NCBI RefSeq assembly: GCF_006345805.1
Contig: NC_043003.1
Location: 9,362,001-9,426,000, forward strand
Source of the DNA: Octopus sinensis
Taxonomy: Eukaryota
Direction: 5' to 3'
Length of the DNA stretch: 64,000 nt
Both the position numbers and the translations under genes were made by a program. The notes under the pieces were generated by a model, which saw only the letters and a program-made list of their open reading frames with translations, was not told the origin of the DNA and did no database searches. Numbering within the stretch: the stretch's first letter is position 1; the number at the start of each line of letters is the position of its first letter. Of this stretch, positions 38,225 through 51,074 are shown one piece after another.

Positions 38225-38604
38225 TTGCTCGGGTTTGTAAGGGGAATAACTATATAAGCATTTTTAGAGAGTTATAGCCCCAAAATAGCAAAAAAATGCA
38301 TTAAAAATGGAAAAAAAATGATGGTAAATTTTTTTTTAAATCGTTGACTCATCGTAGACATTTTTAGAGAGTTACTTCCCTTATATAATAGCGAAAAAAT
38401 GCATTAAAATGGAAAAAAATGATGGTAATTTTTTTTTTAAATCGTAGACTCATCGTAGACGCGCGCTAATACCCAGAAGGGCTCGATATGAATCACGACT
38501 ATAAGATACCCGGTTTTGGGTAAACTACACCGCAAAATGTGGGAGTAGTTAGGAATCTAAATCGTAGGAGACAGACACACAACCTTACTTTTATATATAA
38601 AGAT
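38225..38604 (+). mobile_element. Helitron-like element, internal type 2, 5'-truncated
   Basis: Reverse complement closely matches 36548-36930. Confidence 0.7.
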
Positions 38605-38842
38605 TTCTATAATTCATTTCTATCATTTAGGTTAATTAAAACAGGAAAAAGAGCGTGTCAATATTTTTTCTATATATAACCTTGTACTGGGGAATATGAA
38701 TCATAAACATCCGAATGCCATTTATGACCACTCAACGTGTAAATTAAATAGTGACGATGTTAAGCAATACCACATTTTCACATGTAGAAGAGGAGTCGGC
38801 AAATATCCAATTCCTATGAAATTATCCATATATACATACTGG

Positions 38843-39148
38843 CATTCCGTCGATTACCCGAGTTCCAGTTGATTCGATCAATGGAACAGCCTGCTTGCAA
38901 AATCAACGTGCAAGTGGCTGAGCACTCCACAGACACGTGCATCCTTAACATAGTTCTTAGGGAGATTCAGCATGACACTGGGTGTGACAAGGATTGGCGT
39001 TTTGCATTACAGGCTGAACTGAATTTTGCCAGCTGGAGAAACGTGGAATAAAGTGTCTTGCTCAAAGACACAACATACTACCGGGAATTGAACTCAAGAT
39101 CTTACGATAGGAGCCGACTATCCTAAATAATAAGTCACGCGCCTTCAT
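38843..39148 (-). mobile_element. tRNA-derived SINE family D
   Basis: Minus-strand head with gagttcaattcc and ttgagcaagacact core; similar to 59335-59630. Confidence 0.7.
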
Positions 39149-39472
39149 TCACACGCTCACACACATATACATACATACATACATACATACATACATACAT
39201 ACATACATACATACATACATACATACATACATGCATGCATGCATACATACATACATACATACATACATACACACATATATACACGCACATTATGTGTGTG
39301 TGTGTGTGTTTGTATGTGTGTGTGTGTGTGTGTGTGCGTGCGTGCAGGGGGCGGTTGGTAAATTACTAAGCTTTCTGTGAGATTTCGCGAACGGACATGC
39401 GTGTTGTATCCATTTATTGGTAGTATTAATGAGATCGTTGTCTGATATAAAATCTGCGGCTGAAACATCCAC

Positions 39473-39530
39473 CTGTCATCTTTCTCCTTTCTTGATATGT
39501 GATAATGGATTCTTGAGAGTTGCACACATT
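39473..39530 (-). other. Candidate 58-nt exon
   Basis: Acceptor gttcatttgcag, donor CAG/gtggat, NVCNSQESIITYQERRKMT (phase 0 to 1). Confidence 0.25.
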
Positions 39531-40990
39531 CTGCAAATGAACATATCTCTAAAATCCAATAACATATGGGCGACACATTGCTTCATTAATTAGAAGGTAT
39601 CGTCTGACAAAAGGAAGCAATGAACATCATAATGAAATATACGCAAACACACAAATATAATATGCATGTACGCACAAGTATTTGTATGAGATTATCTTCT
39701 CACCTCATATGGAGTTGTCTCAATTGGCATGTGAAAATTCCCACATACCCTATAGAATCCGAGATGCTTTTAATTATTCAAGAATGCGCGCGCGCGTGTG
39801 TGCTTGATTACATTCTAGTCTAATTTATTATTCCTATATGTGTTACTGATGCGGTGCAATTTGAATTTTACTTTCTTGTAATTATTAAAAATGCTGAAGG
39901 GTTCAACAAAAGGATTATTCGTATTTGATCCTTGCTCCTTTTCTGTCGTTCATAATAATGTAATAAACGTTTGCTGGTTCTGTATGCTTGATTTATGTCA
40001 CGATTTCGATCTGGGATTTATTTTACTTTCAAAGATATGGCTAATTGAATTTACTTTATCTTGAAAGCTAATGAATCCCCTTTGTTTCAAGTACTAGTCA
40101 TTCAATTAAATGTTACAATATCCTAAAAGTTGTGGTCCCTCGTGTATAGCTGTCACCAGTATTCTGTAATGAAATTTGTAAAGTAATGAATCACATTTTC
40201 TTTTCAGCATTATGATAGATTATAAAAGAGAAACCGAACTATCACTGCAGAAATTGATTCATATATACTCAAAATAAGAGAGCACATTGTTGAATATATT
40301 GCAAAAGTTAAAATCATTAACAGTCGCTTACATATAACAAATAGCACCTAGGTTTCAATGAAAATATCGTTTAGCTGGCGATCAAGGCTCTTTTTCAGTT
40401 CTTAGAATATAAAGCTTCATGCATCTTTAAAACTGAATTATTATGAGAGGTTTATAATCATCACAATTATTTAAGCCTATCGGTCGGTATGGAGCATAGG
40501 CTACTGACGATTGCTTTCCCTTCTGTTCTTTACTCTGCGCTGTGAGGACCACTCAATCAGTATGAAGGTTACTCTAATCAGTGTGTTCGGAGATGTTTTC
40601 CCTCAGGGAAGGCTTTCATCTCCCAGGTCTTCGTTGGTTTTAAATTATCATCGATGCTTTTGTAACTTTTTTTTAATTTTCTTTGTAGGGTTGGACCTAC
40701 GCATATCCATTTTTATCACTAGCAAGAAGTGGTCCATATTTGTCTGGACTCCATTCTTTGACCTGTCAAACATATAAGACCCTAAAAGGATCTTACTGTT
40801 CGTTGGCACCAATCTTAGGGTCATTGAGATATACAAGACACCACACTGGACACGTAACAGGACCTTGTAGGGAGCAAGTACTATTGCGTATTTGAAAATA
40901 GATACACAAATGAGTTTGGAGAAGACTTGTACCTAGCAACGTTCAGTTTTTATTGTATACATGTACCCTTTCCATTAATTTTAAACATCT

Positions 40991-41432
40991 AATATTGGTT
41001 TCTCATTTTGGCACAAGGCGAGCATTTACAGGAAGGGCTAAATGAATTAAATCGATACCAGTACTGAACTGGTAATTATTTTATCGACCCAGAAATGATG
41101 AAGGGCAAAGTAGGCTGGGCGGTAACTGTAACCGGCATATAAAAACGAACGAAATACTGCTAAGCATTAAACCCGACGTCCTAACGATTCTGCCAGTTCG
41201 CCAAGTCATTTAAGAATCTAATATTGGTATGGTATAAAATGTTGGCACAGGGCCAGAAATTTTATGGGAAGGGTAAGTCGGTAACATTGACCCCAGTATT
41301 CAACTGGTACTTATTTTATCGATCTCGAAAGGATGAAAGGCAAAGTTGTCCTCAGTCAAGAATGTGATGACGGACGAAATGCCGCCAAGCATTTAACCCG
41401 TCGTACTAAGGATTCTGCATACTCACCGCCTT
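40991..41432 (-). mobile_element. Two tandem SINE A copies with tail-3
   Basis: Two heads (ctgccagttcgcc ~41195; ctgcatactcaccgcc ~41420), each unit bounded by atctaatatt. Confidence 0.75.
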
Positions 41433-41904
41433 ATTTAATAATCTAATATTAAAAACACATATATTTGCAAATCGTACATCTGGTGTTGCATTTTTTTAAT
41501 GTTGCGATAGTATATTCAATCAATTTGATACCCATTGTGTTTCGTGAATTGTAATTCGAATATCATACAAAGTATTCAAGACGATTAAATGCTTTACTAC
41601 CGAATATCAAAATATGACCAAAGCTTTTCATTTTGCTTTTTAAAGTATGTGTTTTAGTTACCAAAAGAATAGTCTACTAAGGATTATCGATGCAGAAGAT
41701 ACAGTGAGACTAATGTTTACATTGCAGAATCTGATAGTTTTTATGAATCTAGTTTTCAGAGTTTTCTGTCAGAAACTTATTGTTCGATCTTAGTTGGATA
41801 TTTGCAAATTCCTCATCCTCTTGACAAGTAAGCGCATTGTTGTACGAACATAATTAGCATACATAGGTACTAATAAAAGCTCGTATGTCCCTCTATTTAT
41901 ATCA

Positions 41905-42292
41905 TACTAGCAGTATCGCCCGGCGTTGCTCAGGTTTGTAAGGGAAATAACTATAAAGCATTTTTAGAGAGTTATAGCCAAAAAATAGCAAAAAAATGGA
42001 AAAAAAATGATGGTAAATTTTTTTTGAGAGTTAAAAAAGGTGGAGTTGCGTCCCCTAGACGGTCTGTGGTTTGGGTTTCTGATTCTCGACCCCATGTCGA
42101 ATTTATCGATTTTTTTCAGAACTGGGGGAACTTTTCAAAATTTTCGCTGCGTTAGTTTTGAATTATGACATTGGGCTATGTGTGTGTCAAGTTTCATCAG
42201 AATCGGTTGAAAGCCGTGGTCAGAGTGAGGGTACAAGCAAACAGACACACAGAAACACGCACAGACAAACTGCCGTTTATATAGAGAGAGAT
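41905..42292 (+). mobile_element. Helitron-like element, internal type 3
   Basis: tactagcagtatcgcccggcgttgctc start, aagtttcatcagaatcgg subterminal motif, (CA/GA)-rich stretch, gtttatatagagagat end. Confidence 0.75.
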
Positions 42293-42423
42293 ATTATAAT
42301 GCCAGTGAAAACTACCTTTTATTGCATTGATTCAAGAAGTTTTCTGTATCTTTGTCAACTCCATTACATTACTAGCTTTAGCTTTGGCTAAGATTTAGGA
42401 ACATTTGTTCATTCATATGTTAC

Positions 42424-42530
42424 CTTTTCCCCAATACATTTATCTGAGCAAATATGCATTGCATTAGCTCCTTTGAGACAGAGACACTTTGTACAATTTA
42501 GATAGGAATCGAATATACCAACCGCATTAA
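42424..42530 (-). other. Candidate Cys-rich exon
   Basis: NAVGIFDSYLNCTKCLCLKGANAMHICSDKCIGEK, donor AAG/gtaaca; weak acceptor. Confidence 0.3.
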
Positions 42531-42543
42531 CTGATAGCTTAGG

Positions 42544-42575
<32 letters not shown>

Positions 42576-43375
42576 GTAATAGTAGTAGTAGTAGTAGAAT
42601 ACTTGTTTCAGCAGCAGTCGTAGTAATAGAAAAAGAGAAAAAATATGATGAGGAAATGTGAAAAAAGATGAGAACAAAAAAAATCAACTTAACATGTGTT
42701 GGAATTATCGACAGATACATGTGTAGGAATTATCGATAGATATATTCAAGCAAGTTCTGAATGCAAAAAGTAATGCTTCAAAGAGAAGGTATAATTGGTT
42801 TGGCTTCGAATGTAAAAGGACAGCGTCGTGATCTAATAAAGCTGCAATTTGCACATGGTTTGTATTCTAGATCTAATTACTCTTGTTGAAAACACATTCT
42901 ATGAATGAGACGAAAGAAAACACGTAGAAAATAGTCACTTCCTGACAAACAATGTATACGAAAAGAAAAGAAATATAAAACATTTCCCTCCTAGGAGATA
43001 ACTTCTATTAGATTTGTAAGTAATTTAAATCACAGAATACTTATTACGTGATACGTCGCTTAAATGGATACATCTCGCAACTAGAAAAAGGTGTAATTGG
43101 CCCCGGACATGGACGGGAAATAGAAAAAAATATAAACGAAAACTTAAAAATAAAAGAATAAAATATATCGAAAGAACTAAATGTATAAGTTGTTATACCT
43201 GCGTATCTATGTATATCTGTCTGAATGTGTGTGTATCAGTGTGTGCATACATGTGTGTGGATGCAGTCTCTTTAAATTTGTGCGTGAAGTTCAACTAAAT
43301 TATAATTTTTTCTGTTCCTTTGAGGTCTATATTAGCTTTCTGGAAACCAGACACAAGCGCACGTATACGCACACA

Positions 43376-43430
<55 letters not shown>

Positions 43431-43500
43431 TGAAAGTGTGTGTGTATATATATGTATATATAAATGTATATATATATTCATATATATACATATATATATA

Positions 43501-43548
<48 letters not shown>

Positions 43549-43584
43549 GAATATATATATACATTTATATATACATATATATAT

Positions 43585-43616
<32 letters not shown>

Positions 43617-43617
<1 letters not shown>

Positions 43618-44092
43618 ATTTTGTTTCAGAATGAGATAAAAAAACCTAGGCTATGAAGATTTTAGAACATTTATAAATAGGCCTTACAGCTGTTTCCGGA
43701 GACTGTGTGAGAAAATAGTTAAGCAATAGTTAATTTAGATAAGATATGAAATAGAGAGTGAAGTGGAGGAATGAATATAGATGTGAGATATGCAGGGATA
43801 TTGTATATGTAGATCCATTATTTAGGCAGAATGGCATACATATAAGATTCCAATACCTTGTGAGTAAATTTCAATAGTATATAAAAATTGGTCGTTCCAA
43901 GTATAAAATTTGTTCCAAGTATAAAATTTGTTCCAAGTATAAAAAGTGCTATTGAATCGAGGGTTTATTTAAAGTGATCGATGAAGGGATATAAAAAATA
44001 TCCCGGAAACAGCTGCAAGACATTCTATTCATAAATGTTCTAAAATCTTCACAGCCTTGTTTTTTTATCTCGTTCTGAATAAATTTTCCTTT
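43617..44092. mobile_element. Penelope-type fragment with ~75-bp inverted terminal segments
   Basis: 43625-43699 is the reverse complement of 44003-44079; degenerate hammerhead at 43978-44021; 18-bp tandem gttccaagtataaaattt inside. Confidence 0.6.
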
Positions 44093-44254
44093 ATATATAC
44101 ACATGCTGATATATGACCTACGTTGGAGTCCTTATTCGCATAATCACCGAACTTGGAGCTTAACTATGGTCTGTCCATTGCACTTACATTACCTAACACC
44201 TTTGGGTCTTATTGACACTATTGCCTCTCATAATATATATATATATATATATCA

Positions 44255-45366
44255 CTACTCTTCATAATTTACATGATGGAGTCCACTCAAACCCAGCAAA
44301 AGTCACCAGCAGTGTTCCTCAGGGGACTGTTTTGGGTCCGCTACTCTTCATAATTTACATAAACGACCTTTCGTACATTACTGGAAAGTGAAAATATTTG
44401 CTGATGACACTAAGCTCCAGCAAATCGACAATGAAGAAGCAGACCGAACTCAACTCCAGTCTGATCTATATGCTGTGAGTCAATGGGCAGACAGAAACAA
44501 AATGCAACTGAATGAGGGAAAATTTGAGCTGATGCATTTTGGAAGAAATTCCTCACTAAAACAACCATACTCTCTTCATTCAGGGGAACCGCTCACAGTC
44601 TCTAACAATATCAGAGACCTGGGTGTAATTGTTGATGACGATCTCAGTTGGAGTGCACACATCAACAACAAGCTCGATATAGCTCGTAGGATGAGTTCCT
44701 GGACCTTAAGAACTTCCCGGTCCAGAGAACAAGGTGTCATCATACCACTTTTTCCTCCTTTGTACGGCCACACCTTGAATACTGCTGCCCACTGTGGTCT
44801 CCACATACAAGACAAAACATCTCCAGAATTGAGTCACCCCAGAGGGCACTCACTAAACGAATTGAAGGCATGGCTGCTCTCGATTATTGGGATCGCCTTA
44901 AAGCCTTGAAACTTTACTCCCTCCAGCGTCGCCGTGAGCGGTACATCATTTGTACGATGTGGAGAATATACCGCCAACTTTGCCCAAACGACCTAAACAT
45001 TAGCTTCAAGGTTCATCCAAGACTGGGACCACGGGCCATACGTCCCCTGCCCAATTCAAGATCACAACATACATGTACACTGCAACATAATTTCTTTTCC
45101 TCAGCAGGCCCTGTCCTATTAAACATTGTCCCGAGGGAGGTCAAAGAGGAAAAGGATCCCATCAACTTCAAACAGAGTCTGGATAGATTCCTTCAAAGAA
45201 TACCAGATAAGCCACCCATAATTGGATACAACTCACCCAACAAGAACTCACTACTTGAACAAAACTTGACTTAAACAGGATTCGAATAATCCTATCAGGT
45301 GGTGCTATTAAGTTAGACATGGCCTGGACCAATCTTTGTTCGAAACATATCTAAGTTTATCTAAGT
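44255..45366 (+). mobile_element. 5'-truncated CR1/L2-like LINE (RT C-terminal half, frameshifted)
   Basis: [51 protein letters not shown]; 3' hairpin and ctaagtttat tail; (TA)n on both sides. Confidence 0.93.
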
Positions 45367-45393
45367 TTATATATATATACGTCTATGTCTATG

Positions 45394-45427
<34 letters not shown>

Positions 45428-45442
45428 ATATACGTCTATGTC

Positions 45443-45485
<43 letters not shown>

Positions 45486-46100
45486 TCGTATGTATGTATA
45501 TGTGTATATGTGTGTATTTGTGTGTGCCCCTGTGTAAGTATATATTTATATATCGAAGTATATACACGCGCACGCGCGCGCGCACACACACACATACACA
45601 TGTAATGTGTGTGTTAAAAGGAGTTCAATAAACAAAACTGACTCTTTACTACGTAAAGGACTCTGCGCATGCTCGTTGAGTGAATAATATAATTAAGTTA
45701 ATAAATGCTGTATATGTAGATTTATTTAACTTCTGGGAGGGGTGGGGAGTTTTCAATTATCGAAAATGTATTTCTATGTATAAATTTCTGTGTTGCTGTA
45801 GAGCAAACGCTGGAACTGGCTAGGCCTTGTAAGAGCGAATTATGTAGGTATATATATATTTCTGTACTAAAAAATATCTAAACCAAAACCAAACCCAACA
45901 TTAGTTCCAAAACTAATCCATGATTAGTACAATTCTTTTCTCTTGGTTTGTATTAAACATACCGCTCATTTTGATTTGTACTAAATGCACTGAACTCTCT
46001 CACACACCCAGATATAGCCACGCATTTCCGAAAATATCGACACAAACTTTTCAACGGTGTATTCACTATTATACATCAAGTCATCAATAACTGACGCACA

Positions 46101-47985
46101 GTGTATAATACTGTCCCACTGAAAATGGCCAATAATATTTCAAAACGCCACTGGGTAGAAAACGAAATCAGTGCACTGATAAACGCTTGGTACACTCACC
46201 ATAACGATTGTGTAAAAGCTAATGTCTACGGTAAAATCGCTGAAAAATTAGCGTCACAATCCTTTTACAGATCTGTAAAACAGATCGAAAATAAAAGAGA
46301 TCACAAGATCATTTCATATTTTACACACGCACATGGCAACACTAGAAGCCATACTTGTCAATGGGTGTAGTGCACCAACGACCCCGCTAGCCATCAACAA
46401 ACAACATCCTCATTGATATCGCTATCTGACCTAATTCCACTGGCAAGCCAAGACTCACTACCACAACAACAACAGCCTGCTACTGCCACTACATTAGAGG
46501 CACCTTGTTTGGTACCACTATCTAACCTGATTCCACCCAGCCCTACTGTTGCAAGTCAAGTTTCACTGCCGCTACAGCAACAGCAACAACAACAACTGTC
46601 TGCTACTGCAACTACAGTAGGACCACTGACCAACGAGCCTGCCAGTATAGCAAAACCTCTACTATACTCACGTCAAAAACCCTCTCGTTACCATTCTCAA
46701 GGTAGCTGTAGATTTGATCCCATTTTTCTATCCTGCCTTATGCCGTAGACTTGTTAAGGACACCTGTCCATATGGTATAGCGGGAAAAAACTGCTCTCAC
46801 CTACACCCCAAATATTGTTCTAAATGCAGATTCCATGGTCGTGATCCTAAATATGGATGCACAAAAGGCAATGGATGCACCTTCTTAGATCCTAAACTAT
46901 GCCAAATGTCTGTATCCCTAAGGCTGTTCTTGAACCCAGAATGCTATCACCACCATCTGAAGGGCAGAAAACGATCGAAAAATAAATATAAACAGCATTA
47001 GAGACCTACGACAACAGCAAAAACAAAATACAGCCACATTTCACCTCCTACAACCAAACAACGAAGACAGTACTATGGGAAAACCGTAACACCAAATAAC
47101 ATAAGCATGAACTATGTATCCTCTGACTAAGTGGCAAACCAAAGAGGCAACTCTTTTTACTAACTTATCTAGAAAATATGAAAGCCGACCTAAGCCAGAA
47201 GATCCAACGAGCTATCAGCAACCATTTATGCAAATCACAAGGACCACACACCCACTACCAACTAGAAAATCATACACACACAGCTCCATACAAAAACTAC
47301 CCTCATTGCTACCTCTGATCAACATAAAACATAACTTAGAACAATGCAAACATGAAACTACCCTTACCTCGTCATTCCTGTTAAATGTATGTGGCATCAA
47401 CCCATCACTCATTGCCCTAAAATGGAAGATCCCATATATAGAGAGTTCGCTTGCCGAAACGACACAGTGCTTCCCTTTCTTTATCCTTACTGAAACTCAC
47501 CTAAACAACACACATATGGATGCCGGGGTGAAAATAAAAGATTTCACCATCGTTCGTGCAGATCGCACAGACCGAAATAAAGGAGGAACAGACATCTTTC
47601 TCTATGACTCCTTTTCAGTTGATGCCAAGGACGTATTTTCCAATGGCTATTGTGAATCTATATCACTGTTCAAAAAGCCAGGCCTCCCCAAGCACCTCTA
47701 AAGTGCATTGAAGAGTGCCTCAACAAAATCAAGTCCTTCCTTTAAAAATATAAAAGAGGAAAGGATCCCATCATCTTTAAACGGAGTCTGGACCGACTTC
47801 TTCAAGGAATACCGGATAAGCCACTCATACCTGAATACAACTCACTCAACAAGAACTCACTACTTGAATGGACCATAATACCACAAAACTTGACTTAAAC
47901 AGGATTTAGATAACCCTATCAGCTGGTGCTATTAAGTTAGACATGGCCTGGACCAATCTCTGGTCGAAACATATCTAATTTTTAT
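46101..47985 (+). mobile_element. Internally deleted CR1/L2-like LINE: Myb/SANT-like domain, three CCCH fingers, APE start, 3' end
   Basis: WVENEISALINAW...VYGKIAEKL...RSVKQIENK; CPYGIAGKNCSHLH finger array; LLNVCGINP, ILTETHL, RADRTDRNKGG, PLKCIEECLNKIKSF; then a jump at ~47742 to the same 3' end as 45140-45366. Confidence 0.85.
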
Positions 47986-49366
47986 CTGAGTTTTAAAAGA
48001 AGTGAAAACAAAATCCAGAAATGAATAGAACTAATAAAAAACTAATGAAAGAGAAATATTGATACATTAAATGTTGGCAATGAAATCTTGTCAGGAGATG
48101 TTTGCTAGCAAATGGTTAATGTATTCAATATCTAGAAGCGTGAATATTGATTAAATTATTGGCTTATTTCCATTGATTTGATATAGATATTTTTAACAAT
48201 ATGGTGAATTGCATTGCGGGCTTAAGGAAGTTTAAATGATATTAAAATGGTAAATTACATTGTTGGTTTTGAATAGCTTGAAATAGTATTCCACAAACAT
48301 TACCAATACAGCAATACTTTTCATTCTACTATAGCCACCTTTGTAAAGATACTAGCTTGTTCTAACATACATAAAATAAATGAAATCATCGACCGACCAT
48401 AACCACAACTACAAATGAAATAAACGGACAAACCGACAATTTCGGTCCGAATGATTAGAGAAAGATATGTACCCACATCAAAATAAAGCCCGCAGTACTG
48501 TGAAACTGTACATTTCACTTCGATCCCCTTTAAAATATACTACATCAAACACATGCGCGAGCACACACATACGCACACACACACACACACACTCGCGCAG
48601 ACACACACACACACAAACACACTACACACACGCACAACCTTTACAGAGTAAATGCCTCCGTCTAATAAATAAGAACTTGAACATGCAATATTCACCTCAA
48701 TATACAATATTAACTGGAACCACATTAACCGCCAGTAAAATGTATCTGTACATCTGAATCATATGAAATGCATTTCATTAACAAGTATTTAGAAAGAATA
48801 TACATGCAGGTCAAAAATATATAAAGCTCATAACTAGTTTACATTCATCTCTAACAGATAACAGGGTTACTAATGGCTCGACAGTTTAACCTGTTCAATT
48901 CAACTTCATTTACCGTTTATCATGGAAATGCAAATCATATTTTAATTACTCCATCTCTTTATATAAAGCACCACTTATACAAATTCACAGCGATTTAAAT
49001 AAGATGTCCAACATTTTTATGATTTAATCCGTACGTTAGTGGAAAAAGAAAAATTCAAGAGTAAAAGAAATTAAAGCAGAGGTTTGTGCGAAGTGAGAAA
49101 GGATGACGAATACTAGACTCCTGGTGTTTTTAATGAGCCATTTTCCTGCCTTATTCGCTGGTTTCATAGCAATGCCACGGATGGTCATTGCGATAATCGA
49201 CTGCAGCAAATTCTAGAAAAGAAATGTTAAGACCACTCTATTTTTTGTAGAAATTGATAAAATCTAGTTCATAATAGTTTTTACTTAGAAAAAGTTCTGT
49301 AGAATTATATATTGTCCCAATTTGAGTGTCCAATTAGGTGCGTGGATTGCGTAAGATGAAAAAGTA

Positions 49367-49770
49367 GCAGGAGTGGGTATGTGGTAAGTAGCTTGCTTAC
49401 CAACCACATAGTTCCGGGTCCAGTCCCATTGCGTGGCACATTGGCCAAGTGTCTTCTACTATAGCCTAGGGCCGACCAAAGCCTTGTGAGTGGATTTGAT
49501 AGACGGAAACTGAAAGAAGCCCGTCGTATATATACATATATATATGTGTGTGTGTGTTTGTGTGTCTGTGTTTGTCCCTGCAACATCTCTTGACAACCGA
49601 TGCTGGTGTGCTTACATCCCCGTAACTTAGCGGTCGGCACAAGAGACCGATAGAATAAGTACTAGGCTTACAAAGAACATGTCCTGGGGTCGATTTGCTC
49701 GACTAAGAGGCGGTGCTCCAGCATGGCCGCTGTCAAATGTCTGAAACAAGTAAAAGAGTAAAAGAGAGAG
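49367..49770 (+). mobile_element. SINE B full copy
   Basis: Collinear with 24938-25353. Confidence 0.88.
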
Positions 49771-49859
49771 TTATATATTATTATTACTTATTTATTCAAC
49801 AATTTGTTTCACAACTGTAATTTCGTTTCGCGTTTACGTGTGATAAAAACAACAGGAAA

Positions 49860-50035
49860 AATATTGGTTTTAAGTTTTATCAGAAGGCCAACAATTTCGG
49901 AGACGGGGGAACGTCGATTACATCAACGCCAATGCTCAACTGGTACTTATTTGAAATCAGCTCGTAAAGACGACCGAAATACCGGAAAGCATTTTATCCG
50001 GTGTACTTATGATTCTGCCGGTTCGTTGCCTTACT
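49860..50035 (-). mobile_element. SINE A, old copy
   Basis: caactggtacttattt and gattctgccggttcg blocks. Confidence 0.55.
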
Positions 50036-50149
50036 ATAACAAAATAGTGTGAGAGAGAAGATAGCATTACAAGAAATGCATAATGACTTAATAAACCTGG
50101 TATGTAAAGCTTGCGTCTGAATGCTTGTTTGTTTGTGTGTGTGTGTGTG

Positions 50150-50187
<38 letters not shown>

Positions 50188-51074
50188 GGAAGAACATCTA
50201 TAACGTGGTCAGAAAACCAGAAATATAGTTGGGAAACAGTCAATGTTTGGCTCAACGCTTTTGTATTTTGATAACGCATTTAACATTTCTTAATAGGAGA
50301 ATGTATCTTAGTTCGACATTGCATCTGGTTTGCAAGATCCTTGATGTGAATTCGTGTGATGAAACAAATTTTGTTGTGTCTAGGGTGAGTCATTATACCA
50401 ATATTAATAACACACGCACTGGTTCAATTCCACCCTGTTATTATTAGTCAAATGGTTAAATATCCAACTAACTAATCGATTGTTTGTTTAACAGGGTTAA
50501 GCAATAATTCATTTGTTCTGTTTTTGCTCGTTTATTATTTTTTTTTGTCAAAGCTTGTTTGTAACTATTTACAACATCTTCAATGACTTCTCTCTTAGTC
50601 CGTTACGGATGCTGCATTTGTCTGGCTGAATGCGTAAGTTATTGATATTGGCATAATGGCTCTCCCTAGACACAACAAAATGATTTTTTTTCTGAAGAAA
50701 AAGCTTTGTCGGTCGCCATACGTTTTAATATTAAAATCAATAAAAATAGGTGTTACAAACTAAAAATTCCTGGTTATTCAACAGTAATAGAATAGTGTAA
50801 ACTGACCATTCTTTCTCCATTCGCTCTACTAAGGGAAAACTTAAAGATACACTAAATGTAAAATGTGTCGTTTTATGTAGCCAAACAAAAACACATTCAT
50901 ATTATAAATGAAGATATTCAAATATGCAGAATCTCAGAAACTCAGATTATTCAAGTTCTCTATATAATTCATAGTTTCATATTTGATTTAAGACAGGATG
51001 TGAATATGTGAGCAAATTAAACTGCGAACAAGCTTAGCATGTATGTATTCAAAAGAAAAGTAAAGTTCTTTCTC

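Noticed and set aside
45300-45350. GACCA-ATCT(C/T)-TG(G/T)TC-GAAAC at CR1/L2 3' ends as a hammerhead
   Set aside because: No CUGANGA core upstream; better explained as the usual LINE 3' stem-loop.
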